From the NCBI RefSeq assembly GCF_009914755.1, contig NC_060948.1: a DNA stretch of 64,000 nucleotides, one strand, 5' to 3'. Below, one piece after another: positions 13,441-26,362 of the stretch. Made by a program: the position numbers and the translations under genes. The stretch's first letter is position 1. Each line of letters begins with the position of its first letter. The notes below the pieces were generated by a model that had not been told where the DNA came from, did not search any database, and saw only the letters and a program-made list of their open reading frames with translations. This DNA is from the human T2T-CHM13v2.0 reference genome, Homo sapiens.

Positions 13441-15100
13441 AGAATTCATCTTACAGGTTCTCTCAGAGGCTGGCTTCAGTTTTTTCTTCTTTTAACCCTT
13501 TGATGAGAATGCAGTGTCTTGGCTGGTGCTGGTGTATTGGAAATTGTAGATATTGTGCCTGTGCTAAGATACCTCTTATAATCTTTGTTAAAGAGCAGGT
13601 TAGCACTTTTAGAAAAACATGTGCTTTTAATATCCAGTTTACAGACTGTATGTCACCTTTATTGCCTGCTTTTGCCAAACCCATGTCTCCCTGGGTTGGC
13701 TAGGGGCACACGTTCACTGGAACCCTCAGGTAGCCTGTTGATCCTTCCTCCAATGCAAAGTGTCAGTAAGGTATCACCCAAGTTTCCTCCTAAAATGTGA
13801 TTTCAGGAGGTCACAGAAGCACATTCTGCTCTAACTTATTGACTAATTAATCAATAATTCACTTAATGTTTCAAAATGGCTGTGAACCTTGACACTCTTG
13901 ATCTCCTTCCTCTAGTAGGGCTGTATTGGTGGGAGCCATCCTGATTTATTTGTGGAAAAACTAGCAGGTAAGGCAGGGTAGGAATAGGTCAAACCACCTA
14001 GGCCGGCATCCCTCAGGGCCCTTTGAGTCCTCTGCAGGCAAGCGGGCTCAGTGGAGTTCCAGGAACTTTATCTACTTTGGTGCCCAGAGACCCTAGCTGG
14101 ACCCCCAAGACAGGACTACTCCTTCAGCAACCTGCACCTACTGGTATCTAGGAGGCGAGCATCCATTTATCTTTGTGAATGTGGCCTTCTGCTTCATTTC
14201 CATTGGTTGTTCTCTTGGAAGAAGTGCCTAGGGAATACTGGGCCTGTGTTGGAGGTTTTCTAAGTGCAAAAGTCAATAAGAAAGTCTTAAAATATAATTA
14301 TAGTATTTTCTGCATATTTCTATCTCAGAGTTACTTTTGCTCAAAAATGTGTAAAAACATATATTAAAAAATTTACCCTTCACATTATTTTAATTAAGTC
14401 ATCATACAAACCTTTATTTTCCTGAAATTTATTTTCATGCCAATCATTGAATTTTTGTTTCCTTCATTGTTTAGATTATTACCTGTTTTAGAGGCAAAAT
14501 TTAAATAAAATAATATGCTACACAAATACTAACAGATGACACCAATTTATTTAAAATGTAATAGGATTTCTTAAATGAGTAAGTAATTTCAGTAAACTTA
14601 GTTTATGTTACTTGCATAAATTATTTTACATCTTATTCTTAATATTAAGAAAAGATATTTAGGCATGCAATGCACTTGACAAATTTTTAAATTAGGCAAC
14701 TTAAAACATTGTATTGGACATGATAAGTAATACTATTCTCAAATATTTTATTTTAGATGTTAACATACCTGACAATTGATATTCATATTATCTATGAAAG
14801 TGACATTATGAACATACTTATATAGTTGCCAAAATTTAGAAGAAAAAATCTATTCTGGTCTTCAGTAGTAATATTTAAAGTTTACAAAAATGAGATTAAA
14901 TTTACTGCCTGCATTACCCACCAAAACTCAAACAGATTCATTTACTTGTTCTTTATCTTTCAGTATCTGAAAAAATATTACCAACATTACTGGGTTTTAC
15001 TACTGGCAGAAGCCGGGTTTTCATGGAGCCTGATGCAACATAACCACTCTTTATGTATCAGTAAACTGCCCAAAATCTACCCAGAACTGAAGACACATTG

Positions 15101-15331
15101 AAACCTCCCCACCTCCCGGTTTCAAGTGATTCTCCTGCCTCAGCCTCCCGAGTAGCTTGGATTGCAGGCGCCCACCACTACACCCAAATATTTTTTTTGT
15201 TGTTGTATTTTTAGTAGAGATCGGGTTTCAGTATATTGGCCTAGCTGATCTCGAACCCCTGGTATCTGGTGATCCACCTGCCTCAGCCTCCCAAATTGCT
15301 GAGATTTCAGATGTGAGCCACCACACCCAAA
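15101..15331 (-). mobile_element. AluS fragment lacking its 3' end and poly(A)
   Basis: gtgattctcctgcctcagcctcccgagtagc ... gtgatccacctgcctcagcctcccaaa..gtgagccaccacaccc. Confidence 0.9.
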
Positions 15332-16552
15332 CCAAAGAATGCTTTATGAAATTTTCTGAAGAGAAAATTAAATGTTATATCCACAGTTGACAACAAACGG
15401 ACAAACAAAAAATGTAGAATTAGCCCAAGATTATTCTAAGCAAAGCACAATAAGATTTTAAATAAATGAGTTTAATAGAAAGCTGAGGAAATAGAATTGC
15501 TTTCAAAATCTGTGAAGTTTTTTTATTTTGTGGTAAGTTATCGACACTTGTAAAATTATCTGTTTCATTCTAATATTTTTGTTTTCTTCTCAAAGTAGGT
15601 ACAGAGCCAAAAATAACTATGATTACTTGCTATAGATCTGTTACACACCCAAAGTTTATTTTACAGTAATATATATTTTACTTTTAAATTCACGTAAATG
15701 AAAACTAAAGGTCTTTATGTGTTTAGCAGACCAGAGATGTCACATGTTTAACAGAAAAAAGTAGAATAAAATTTTGTAAACTGTTGTTGAGAATTCAGAA
15801 GAAAGTAGCACCATTATACTGATATAATTTCCATTAGAACCATCATAATAACCTTTAGTTACAAGAAAAACATAAATTTAAGTTGTAGAAACCATATTTT
15901 CCAAATTATTTTAAGTTAAGGACCACTGACAAAAGAATCACTAGAGATGTTATTTCACTGTCACCCAATAGTATATTGTTACCATGTGTTACCTACAATC
16001 TTGAGTAATATAGGATAAGTTAACATCAGTGGCAAGACACACATTTAATGTAAAATAACCTCAACATACACACACACAAAAACTTCTGGTTAATTAGAAA
16101 AAATTAAGTCCAAGCATTGTCATTGAAAAGGTATTTTGAAATTCACTGTATTTTAATTACCTTAATTTTCAAATGGTAAAGCAATTTTCCTCTAAAATTC
16201 AAATTTTTCTGATACTATGTATAATATTATCCTGATCACTTACCACACTCCCATCATCCTGTCACTATGATACTGTTATAAACCAACCAATAATTGGACT
16301 TTTCACTTAGAAATTTCTCATGTGTCTTAGATTTCAGTTTTCTTAATCTTCCATCACAAAATATATACATTTGTACATCTAATATGGAAGAACCTCTCGT
16401 AACTCTGGTGCAGCAATCATTCTCCATGTTTTTTCACATAAATTCTAGAAATGAAGACACAGGAAGATATATAAGAGTTAAATTACATCAATATTTGCTT
16501 TTGAAAAAATATTAAATTATTTTAATATAAAAATGTTGTTTCTATTATAGGA

Positions 16553-19500
16553 AAGTGATCAAGATTGCTGAATAGAAGCAGCTAGCCTGTGTAGTTCTCA
16601 TAGAAAGAAATGTAAGGTGTGCATAAATACATCACCTTCAACTGAAACTTCCAGGTACTTGCATTGGGAACAATCAAACAACTTAAGTTATGGAGAATGG
16701 AATAAAGCAAGAAAGGACAATAGGCCACCTGGGAGCAACATGAAGCCAAGAAAACCTCCACATTCAATGAAGCAGTGGGTATATATATGACCCTGGGAAT
16801 CCATGATTCTCCCACAGATCTTTGCAGCTGTCAGGTAAGGAGATCTATTCATGTACCTGCTTCATCAAGATCTTCAGTTTAACATACAGAAATAAATGTA
16901 GTCTCAAGAGATCAGCTACTGAGGCCCTTGCAGAGATTCAAAAGCCTTAGGTAATTGGGCTTTCCAGGCTTCCCAGAAAAAGTAGTTGCAACTCGAGCAA
17001 AGGAGGATGCAACACTTCTGTAATTACCCATAGAAAAGAGGCAGAATCCAGGAGGTTGAGCATTGATGATCTATAGAACTCATGCCCACAGTGCCCCACA
17101 GTGTAAGACTTACTGGCTTAGCATTCTGCTCAACCATTGGCAGTAGCACTATACCTCCCTGAAATGGAGAGGAGGACCAGAAAGTCGAGTGGGACACCAC
17201 CTACCAGAAAGTTGAGTGGGACACCACCTTAGCTGCTTGGGCAACTTAGCCCTTCCAGCCTTCAGATTTTAAAAAGCCCAATCTGACATAGGGCAGAATC
17301 TCCTAGCACAGTACAAATGCCCTAAAAAGACATGGTCAGACTCCTTATTAAATCAGGTCCCCAATCTCATTTCTTAACACTGGAAAGCACTTCCTAACCA
17401 GTGTGTCCAGTTACCACCATTGGTGCTGTTTGGTCGATGGAATTTTGAAATATCTTCGGGATATATTTCCTAGAGGAAAGAGTGAGCAGCAATTTTTCCT
17501 ATGTGTATGACTTAGCTCTTCCAGCCCTCTGGCTTTAAAGAATCCAAATAAGCTGGGGATGGAAGTGGTACCTCTGCACATCAGAGATGTACTAAAAAAA
17601 TGTGGCTAGACTGCCTTCTTATGTGGCTCCCCAATAATGTTCTCCTTACTGAGTAAGAAATTTCGACAAGAGATTCCAGCTACCTCCTACAGGTGCTATT
17701 GAGCTGGAAAGCGGTCTATAACTCCCTAGGATAGAGCTCCCAGAAAAAAAAAAAGTGACACACTGAAATTGTTTAGTTTTGCAGCATTCACTGGTGGTAA
17801 CTTCAAATACTGGAAAATCTGAGGTGACTAGGAATTTCAGTGGACTGCTAGCACACTGAAGCAGCCCTTCAGAAAAGTGGCCAGATTGTTATGAGATTGC
17901 CTGTCTTCATATATTCTCACTGGGCAGGTTCTCCCAGCCTGGGCCACTAGCCAATCACTGCCAGAGCTATTGAGACAGTAGCAACTTAGCAATTCCCTGG
18001 ACAGAGATTATAGCAGCAACTGAAAATATTTCTGCCACTGCCTCTGCAGTAGATGTGTCCTTGCTACACTCAGACTAGTGAAAAATCCAAAACCCTAAGT
18101 GCCTTATTCAAACAGCAAACAAGCTGCAGTTTTCCCAAGAAGAGGCCAGTCCATTCACCGTGGGTCCCACAAACTACCCACTGCTCCTCACCATCCCCTA
18201 ACTTGACTAAAATCACAGATCCTCCATCATGGGCTGACTGCATTGAAGTATTGCTGACCTACATCTCTCTGAGATGCAGCCTCCATAAAACAAGCAAATG
18301 AAATAAACCTCCAGAAAACAAACAAAGCAAACAAGGGCAGCAAGCTAGCTCATTTGGTGACCAGAGGGTTTGGTGCAAGAGTATCTGTAGTAAATTGTGG
18401 CTAATGATGGCCATTTCTGTAGGATCAAGTTTTTCCCATAAGAGACTTTAGCCCTAGGGAACTGTTGGACCTAATTACTGTACTATAGCCTTGCAAATCA
18501 GAAGCTTATCCAACTGAGTACTCCTTGGTTTGCTGTCCCCTCCCAGGCACCCAGTCTGGCACCCAGATCCTTGCAGGGAAGTCTCAGGCACACTGGGAGC
18601 CCATACGATACCATCTGCAAGGTGGGTCACACATGATGCTTGAAGAACTCCAGCTAGGCAGCCCACGTGATTGCAATAGCCCACGTGTTTCTTTCCTACA
18701 CTGCAGCTTCCTATGAAAACATGGCAACTCCTTATATTACTTTGCTGGCACATGTCTTGAAAGCAGATTTGTCTTTGCTTTGCCAACCAGCAAATGGAAA
18801 TGCAGTATGGTCCTGCCACCCCAGCAACTGCCATTGTATATAAAGCTTTGGTGGGCATAGAATCAAAAAGCCTCACCACTACCTTTGTGCTAACACTTTG
18901 TAGAGAAAAGGATATGCTCCCACACTCTGAACAATTACTTCTCCTTTGGGGGGCAAAAATAAGGCTTCAAAACTTCTTTGGCCAGCATCCTGCCATATGC
19001 TAACACCACCTTTTGTGCAACAGCCCACACAGTCTCCAGCAGGTACACCTACTCCTATCCCAGCTACTTTGCTCCCACTACTGAGATGAATAACCAAAGA
19101 CAGGCAGAAACTCCGTACACACTAGCACTCTGCTGAAACTGCAGCAACTTAGTCCCAGAGTGGCAGACTCCAAATATCAAAGAGACAGGGAAGAGAATTG
19201 GGTCTCAATACAAATTGCCCTCATTATGCAGACTCTGAGTTGTGAGCTGAGCATTTCCCCCATCCCCACTACACACACACAGATGCATAAAGAAACCTCT
19301 CCCAGGAAGAAGGACTGTTGGATGAAAACACCTTATGCCACAATCAAATACTCAAGAATATCAAAAAGAAAAACAAACAAGCAAACAAAAAAAACCCCTC
19401 AATCAAAGTTCAACAACCCCAAAGATATGTCCACGAAGATGAGTCAAAATCAATGCAAAAATATTGAAAACAAAAATGCCAGAGTGACTTGTTTCATCCA

Positions 19501-20818
19501 AATAACCAAATCACGTTTCCAGTATGGCCTAAGATGACAGAAGTAGAATTCACAATGTGGAAAGAAATAAACTTCACTGAGTTACAAAACTAAGTTGCAA
19601 ACCAATGCAAGGAAGGGAAAAATGCAGAAACTGAGAGATAAAACAGCCAGTCTGGAAGAAAATGTGGCCAACGTGATAGAGCTGGAAAACGCAATTCAAA
19701 AACCTTATAATTTATTCAAATATTAACTGCAGAATAAGCCAAGCAGAGGAAAGAATACCTCAGACCTTCAAGACTGGCTGTCTGAAATAATACAGATAAG
19801 AATAATGAAAAAAAGAATAAAGAGAAATGAACAAAACCTCTGAGAAAATATTTAATTTTGTAAAGAAATCAAATATATGATTAAAGAGAGTGCCGGAAAG
19901 TGATGGGGAGAATGAAAACAACTTGAAATACATATTTTGGTATATTATCCATGAGAACTTCCCCACCTAGATAGCCAGGAAGACATTCAAATGTAAAAAA
20001 TGTGGAGAACCCCAGTAGGATACCCCATGAGAAGGTGATTTGCAAGACATAATCATGAGATTCTCCAATGTCAAATTGAATGAAAAAAATTATTAAAGGC
20101 AGCTAGGGACAAAGGCCAGGTCATCTCTAAAAAAAGAACCCTTCCAACAAACAACAAACATTTCAGATGAAATTCTACAAGTAAAAAGAGATTATGGATC
20201 AATCTTTAACATCCTTTAAAAAAGAATTCCAAGAAAGAATTTTATATCAGACCAAAGTAATCTTCAGAAGTAAAAAAATAAATATGATCCTATGTACATA
20301 ACTAAACACTAAGGAAATCTGTTACCACAAGACATTACTTACAAAATTTTCTGAAGAAATCACTAAATAAGAAAAAGACTGTTGCTGGTCACTACAAAAA
20401 CACATGAAAATACATAAACTGCTGACACTATACCACATAAACAAATGTGCAAAATAGCCAGCTAAGATTATAGTGACAGAAACAAATCCACACATATGAA
20501 TACTCTCCTTAAATGTAAATGGACTATATGCCCCAATTAAAAAGTTGATGATAAGCTAAATACAGTTTTAATATCTAATGGTATGCTATAATTGAGAGAC
20601 TCATATCAAATAAGTTCAAAATAAAGTGAAAGAGGTGAGTCTACCAAGCAAATAGAAAACAGAGAGAAGCATGGTTTGCAATCCTAGATTCTGTCAAAAC
20701 AGACTTTAAATCAACATAGATTTAAAAAGACAAAGAAGGGCATTACATAATAGTAAAGAGCTACATATCCATCCAACAGAAGAGCTCCCAGATTATAAAG
20801 CAAATACTTAGAGACCCT
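16553..20818 (+). mobile_element. Old primate L1 (L1PA13-16/L1P4-like): long 5'UTR, degenerate ORF1 and start of ORF2 endonuclease, 3'-truncated
   Basis: 5' end resembles caagatggccgaatagaagcagct. ORF1-like start MSQNQCKNIEN at ~19439 and ORF1 motifs (gagaacttccccacctag, gcagctagggacaaaggccaggtca). EN start-like acagaaacaaatccacacatatgaatactctccttaaatgtaaatgga at ~20477 and aaagacaaagaagggcattacataatagtaaag at ~20727. Confidence 0.8.
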
Positions 20819-20829
20819 CCAATATGTTA

Positions 20830-21845
20830 AATTAAATGTTCTTCAACTGTAATCCCCTTTACATTGCATTTGTTCGGTATTGTTTCTGATGTTTAACACA
20901 ACATGAAGACTTGTTAGTAGGTTTATCACATTTTTAGCACCTGTAGAACTTCTATCTAATATGAATTATTTTAATGTTTAAATGAGGTGTGAAAACAAGC
21001 TCAATTCTTTTCCACACTCTTCACATTTTTGGGGGGTTTCTGTTCAGTGTGAATTATCTTATGATTAGTAAGGTCTGAGAATCACTGAAATGTTTTATCA
21101 CATTCTTCACATTTGTAAGCTCTCTTCCATATGAATACTTTTGTTGTTAATAAGGGTTGAGGAGCAGGTAAAGGCTTTGCCACATCTACACAGATGTAAG
21201 GTTTCTCTACAGTATGAATTCTCTTATGTTTACTAAGGGTCAAGAACCACGTAAAACTTTTCAACATTTATCACATTTGTAAGATTTATTTCCAGGATGA
21301 ATTATCTTATGTTTATTTAGGTCTGAGAACCACTAATAGGGTTTATAACATTCTTCCCATTAGTACAGCTTCTCTCCAGTATGAATTATCTTATGTTTAG
21401 CAAGTTCTGAGAAGCATCTAAAGGCATTGCTACATTCTTTGCATTTGTCAAGTCTTTCTACAGTGCAATTTCTCTTGAGTTTAATATGGGTTGAGGAACA
21501 GGTAAACTTTTTGCCACATTCTTTCCACTTGTAGTATTTCTCTCCAGTATGAACTTTCTTATTTTCAGTAAGGTTTGAGAAATTTTTATTGCATTTGCCA
21601 CTTTACTTTACATTTGTAACATCTCTTTGTAGTATGAACTTTCTTCGTATAGTAAAAACTGCAAACATCCTACTGTCTTTGCAACATTTTTCACATTTGT
21701 AGCATTTCTCTCTGCCAAAAATTTTCTAATATTAAGTGAATATTGATCAGAACCCTAAAGCTTTACCATATGTATTACATTGACAGGGTTTGCTATGGGT
21801 AGTTGACAAACCTTGATGAAGCCCATTGTAATTGCATTTCTGCCA
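20830..21845 (-). pseudogene. KRAB-ZNF (ZNF736-like, ZNF91 family) pseudogene, C2H2 finger array
   Basis: About 9-10 degenerate 84-bp units with HTGEKPYKCEECGK-type linkers (ORF 21082-21267: LSKHKRIHTVEKPYIC). The first finger reads FGREKCYKCEKCCKDSR, close to ZNF736 FSREKCYKCEECGKDCR as recalled. Multiple stops and frameshifts. Confidence 0.88.
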
Positions 21846-22950
21846 TATTGGGGGAAATTCAGCCAGATATTGGGTGAAATTCATGCCAAATATTTCACGT
21901 AGGTTATTTTCTATATTTGCTAAGTGTTGGCCAGTCTGAGAAATAAAGGGACAGAGTACAAAAGAGAGAAATGTAAAGAAGCGTGTCCAGGGGAGACATC
22001 ACATGTCAGCAGGTTCTGTGATGTCCCCTGAGCCATAAAACCAGCAAGTTTTTATTACTGATTTTCAAAAGGGGAGAGAGTGTATGACTAGGGTGTTGGT
22101 CACAGAGATCATGTGCTTCACAACATAATGGAGTATCACAAGACAAATGGAGGCAGGGTGATATCACAGGACCACAGGACCAGGGCAAAATTAAAATTGC
22201 TAAAGAAGTTTCAGGCATGCATTGTCATTGATAATATCTTATCGGAGACAGGGTTTGAGAGCAGACAACCGGTCTGAACAAAAATTTATTAGGTGGAATT
22301 TCCTCATCCTAATAAGCCTGGGAGTGCTATGGGAGAATAGGGCTTAGTTCATCTCTACAGCTCGACCATAAAAGACAGCCGCCCCCTGAAGTGGTCATTT
22401 TAGAGGCCTACATTCAAGGATGCTTTCTCTTTTTCAGGGATGTTCCTTGCTGAGAGAAATAATTCAGCGATATTTCTTCCATTTGCTTTTGAAAGAAGAG
22501 AAATATGTCTCTGTTCTGCCCAGCTCACTGGCGGTCAGAGTTTGAGGTTATCTCTCTTGTTGCCTGAACATTGCTATTATCCTGTTCTTTTTTCAAGTTG
22601 TCTAGATTTCATATTATTCAAACACATTTGCTCTACAAACAATTTGTGCAGTTAATGCAATCATCACAGGGTCCTGAAGTGACATACATCCTCCTCAGCT
22701 TACAGAGATGATGAGATTAAGTGATTAAAGACAGGCACAGGAAATCACAAGGGTATTGATTGGGGAAGTGATAAGTGTCCATGAAATCTTCATAATTTCT
22801 GTTCAGAGATTGCAGTAAAGACAGGCATAAGAAATTACAAAAGTATTATTTTGGGGAACTAATAAATGTCCACAAAATCTTCACAATTTATGTTCTTCTG
22901 CCATGGTTTCAGCTGGTCCCTCCATTCAGGGTTCCTGACTTCCCACAACA
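21846..22950 (-). mobile_element. 3' LTR (MER11 family)
   Basis: Minus strand begins tgttgtgggaagtcaggaaccctgaatggagggaccagctgaaaccatggcagaagaacataaattgtg, the characteristic MER11 start. Confidence 0.92.
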
Positions 22951-22968
22951 TCTCTCCCTTTCTTTTTA
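22951..22968 (-). promoter_or_regulatory. Polypurine tract of the provirus
   Basis: Minus strand aaaaagaaagggagaga immediately precedes the TG of the 3' LTR. Confidence 0.85.
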
Positions 22969-22979
22969 TATAAATTTAC

Positions 22980-25013
22980 CATGGTGATGAAGACTTGTTT
23001 GTTCTTTCAATTTTGATGCAGGATTCTTTGACGGGTCCAGCACTCTAAAAACAAGCCAATTTAACAGACAAACATAATTCCAAAATTTGCTACAGTGGAG
23101 CCCCCAGTACACTTAATCCAAGTCATGAGGTTTAGTCCATAAAGATTTTCTGCCAGCTGATCTAATGCCTCAGCTCCAGGCACAATGTATAAGGTAGCTT
23201 GAGAGCCTTCAAAAATTTGTTTCTCTAATTTAGTTATGTCCAATGTTAAATTATCTCCCCTTAACAGAAGGTGTCCTTTGAATAATTCCCATGAATGATC
23301 AGTGTCTTTATGGGAATACGGGGTTATACAGAAATCCGAAGTATTCCAATCACACTGCATTTGCATGTGATGTTCAAGACTCACCACCCAATCTCCAAAC
23401 CAAATAACAGACTGTCTTAAATCATTAATTTGATTTGCCAATTTTTGATTGATGCCTTGTTGAGAATTCCACATTTGGGTGGAATTGTCTTGCCAATCAT
23501 TAACAAAATGAGCAGTTTGAATGGATTGGTGTAATGCCATTACAGCAGTGGTGGTCATTGCAGTGACTGTAATTAGGCCTGTGATATCCATCATTAAAGT
23601 GACAACAAATCTCTTAGATCTTTTTTAGAATTCGCTGTAGCACTTCATTAATTAAGGGTATTGAGGGGGAAGATTCCCAAGGTCTGGGAAAAGTTACCAA
23701 AATCCAGATTCCTTCTCAAGTTTGAATAAACATTACACTTTTCCTGGAGTCAAAATGGGAGTTAATACAAGTGTGTAAATAACAATTAATGCATTGGACA
23801 GTTTGATTGTTCATCCAAATTTTGATGTTTCCCACTAACAGCACGTAAGGAGGCTTAACACAACTCTGTATGGGAACAGTCAAGTTGGAGGTAAGTAAAG
23901 CAGAATGTCTGGATCTACATTGATACTGAGAGAGTGGGATGGTAGTGGGGACAAAAGACAGAATAGTTTTCCCTTACTCGCAGTCCAGACATGGCAATAG
24001 CCAATTTCCAAAGTTCTGGGTGTTCTGGGCTCAGAATGGGGAGTATCATAGGAGGCCTGGCTTGGGGGAGGTGATAATGCCTATATCTTCCCATTTTAAG
24101 GGAAAGAATGAGCTGAACCTCCTATGCAAAGTAGAATGATGATTCTCGTTCTCCCCTTAAGAAATAAATAATGCCTCCAGGCATTCCCTTCCACCAGAGG
24201 AGCAATTGTTTTGTAAATAGCCCTTTGATGCCCAGTCTATTACAAAACTATATGAGTCATTTTTCAATATTACTGCATGTGATTTAACACAATCTTCCCA
24301 AATTAAAGTTTTAGATGGGCCCTCAAAATTTTTAGAGCATGGTTTTCCTGCAGGTTTATATTGAAAATATGGGGTATTTCCCATTACTCCCCCTTTCATT
24401 TATTTTAAAGGAGAAATGGAGAGGCTGGAGATGAAATGTCCCAGTTTCTCTGTAGCTGATCTTTCCAGAAGATAAGCAGCCCAGACTTGAGTTTCTAGAC
24501 AGGTACAACCAGGTGCTTGTCTGAGGCACAGAGTGGGGTATTTGTAACCTATGGTAACATTAAATTCATTGCCTTCTCCTGGCTGAGCAGGACAATGGTC
24601 ACCTGTAGCTCCAGGCATCCACACACTATTGTTAGTGTAGATTTCTGCAGGAGCATCAATCCAAGTGAGAGGCCGAATCCAGGAAGAAAAGGCACATAAG
24701 CCCAGTAAGAATAATTATGTGTAGCAGGTAAATCAGTGTGAGAAGAAACTGGTGAGACAGAAAGTATAAGGAGGAGAATCATTAAATAAAACTTATTGTA
24801 AGTGAGATCGAATGTTGAAGGAGGAAGAGAACAGAGGGATGTTATTTTCAGGCTAATAGAAATGGTGAGATTTTTAGGTTTGTAAGGAGAAAAAGAAAGG
24901 TAATCAGAAGTAGGATTAGTTAGATGGTTATCCATCGCCCTCAGGGAGGAATGAATCAGACCCACTGTGATTTTGTGTTCCTGCTTCTGAGGAGTTGGCA
25001 CAGATCTCACCAC
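22980..25013 (-). pseudogene. env: HML-8 env remnant (frameshifted)
   Basis: Signal-peptide-like LMILLLILSVSPV, then HNYSYWAYVPF and FQYKPAGKPC. Furin site KRSKR|FVV at ~23610. TM segment QGINQKLANQINDLRQSVIWFGD and CDWNTSDFC (ORF 23061-23594). Confidence 0.9.
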
Positions 25014-25059
25014 TTCTGAGGGCAGTCTCTGACACAGACATCTTTTCTCTGTGGTTTTT

Positions 25060-26010
25060 GTTTCATGATCTCCTGGTGAAACACAAGCATATCCTCTTTC
25101 CCATGTTAAGTAGAATTGGAGACAATATTTAAAGGTTTGGGGAAATCCTGTAAGGTAGTAATGACAACAATTAACTCTGCCTTTTGAACAGAGGTATAAG
25201 AGGTAGAAATAAGTTTGTCTGTAGGTCTTAAATAATTAACGTTACCCCAGTTTTTGGAAGTCATTTAAAGTTTTGAAAGAATCTCTACTAATTTGAAGTT
25301 TTTGAGGTTGAATACTTTGTTTACCGACCACCATTCCTAAATATTGAACAGGAGTGGTCTCTTGAATTTTATCCTGAGTGATGTGTAATCCAGCTCCTGC
25401 AACACAGTGGCTGAAAATTTGATAACAGTCAATTATTTGTTTATCAGTGGGGGCAGCAATTAAAGTATCATCCATACAATGAAGAATATAGGCCTTGGGA
25501 AATTGGGCTCAAACTGGTGAAAGCACTTGTCCAACATAAAGCTGGCAGATTTTAGGGCTATTCAGCATTCCCTGAGGAAGTACTTTCCATTAATAATGAG
25601 TTGCAGGCTCTTGATTATTGATAGATGTTACAGTAAAAGCAAATTTTTCACAATCCGATTTATGTAAAGCAATATGAAATAAACAATCTTTAAGATGAAT
25701 AACTATGAGAGGCCAATTTTTAGGTATTAAAGCTGGGGCAGGCATGCTGGGTTGGATGGCCCCCATAGGTTTAATTACAGCATTAATGGCCCTTAAATCT
25801 GTTACCATTCACCATTTGCCTGATTTCTTTTTTACTAGAAACAGGAGAATTCCAGGGGGAAAGACAAGGTTCCACATTCCTAAGTTGTAACTGTTCGGAA
25901 ACCAATTGAGTTAAAGCCTCCAGTTTTTCTTTAGAAAATGGTCACTGCTGAATCTAGATGTGTGTGTCAGATTTCCACTGTAAAGGGATAGGATCAGGAG
26001 GCGTGGCAGC
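25060..26010 (-). pseudogene. pol: HML-8 pol remnant (RT N-terminal part, RNase H fragment, integrase C-terminal fragment)
   Basis: [37 protein letters not shown] (YMDD motif decayed), QKAELIVVI (RNase H) and a WGRGYACVSPG-like segment at ~25075-25107. Confidence 0.88.
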
Positions 26011-26018
26011 AGCCACCA

Positions 26019-26362
26019 CTAAAAAGGATAACCTAAACCAGCCCTGTTTTCTATTATAGTAACTGGGAGGGGTTTAGTAACCCCTTCATGGTTTGGACTG
26101 AGACTGAGTCCAGGAACAAACCCCATGTTCTCCATCATATGCTGACTGGGAGCAATAGAAGAGTTATGTGGAATATTAATTTCAGCCTCAATATTTACTA
26201 GGCCCTCAAACTTCATTCCTTGAATGTGTATGGTGCAGGTGGGCCATTGTTTAGAAATTATATTAATCCAATAAGCAGCTTTTCACTGCCAGAGCCCATC
26301 CCAGGGCCACCTGTCTTATCTCCTTTGTTAAAAATGATATTAGGTAGTAAAAGTAATTGAGC
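26019..26362 (-). pseudogene. pro: HML-8 pro remnant (dUTPase C-terminus, deleted protease, G-patch)
   Basis: AQLLLLPNII (dUTPase end), KFEGLVNIEA (decayed LVDTGA) and the G-patch-like MMENMGFVPGLSLS...RAGLGYPF. Confidence 0.82.

Noticed and set aside
17176-17229. 27-bp direct repeat accagaaagt(c/t)gagtgggacaccacct x2
   Set aside because: This is an ordinary local slippage duplication inside an L1 5'UTR.
21082-21267. Functional zinc-finger gene
   Set aside because: It has frameshifts and stops, a proviral insertion, a mutated acceptor and no KRAB exons.
23061-23594. 177-aa env TM ORF as a domesticated syncytin-like gene
   Set aside because: SU is split over several frames and the TM stops within the membrane anchor, so there is no intact env.
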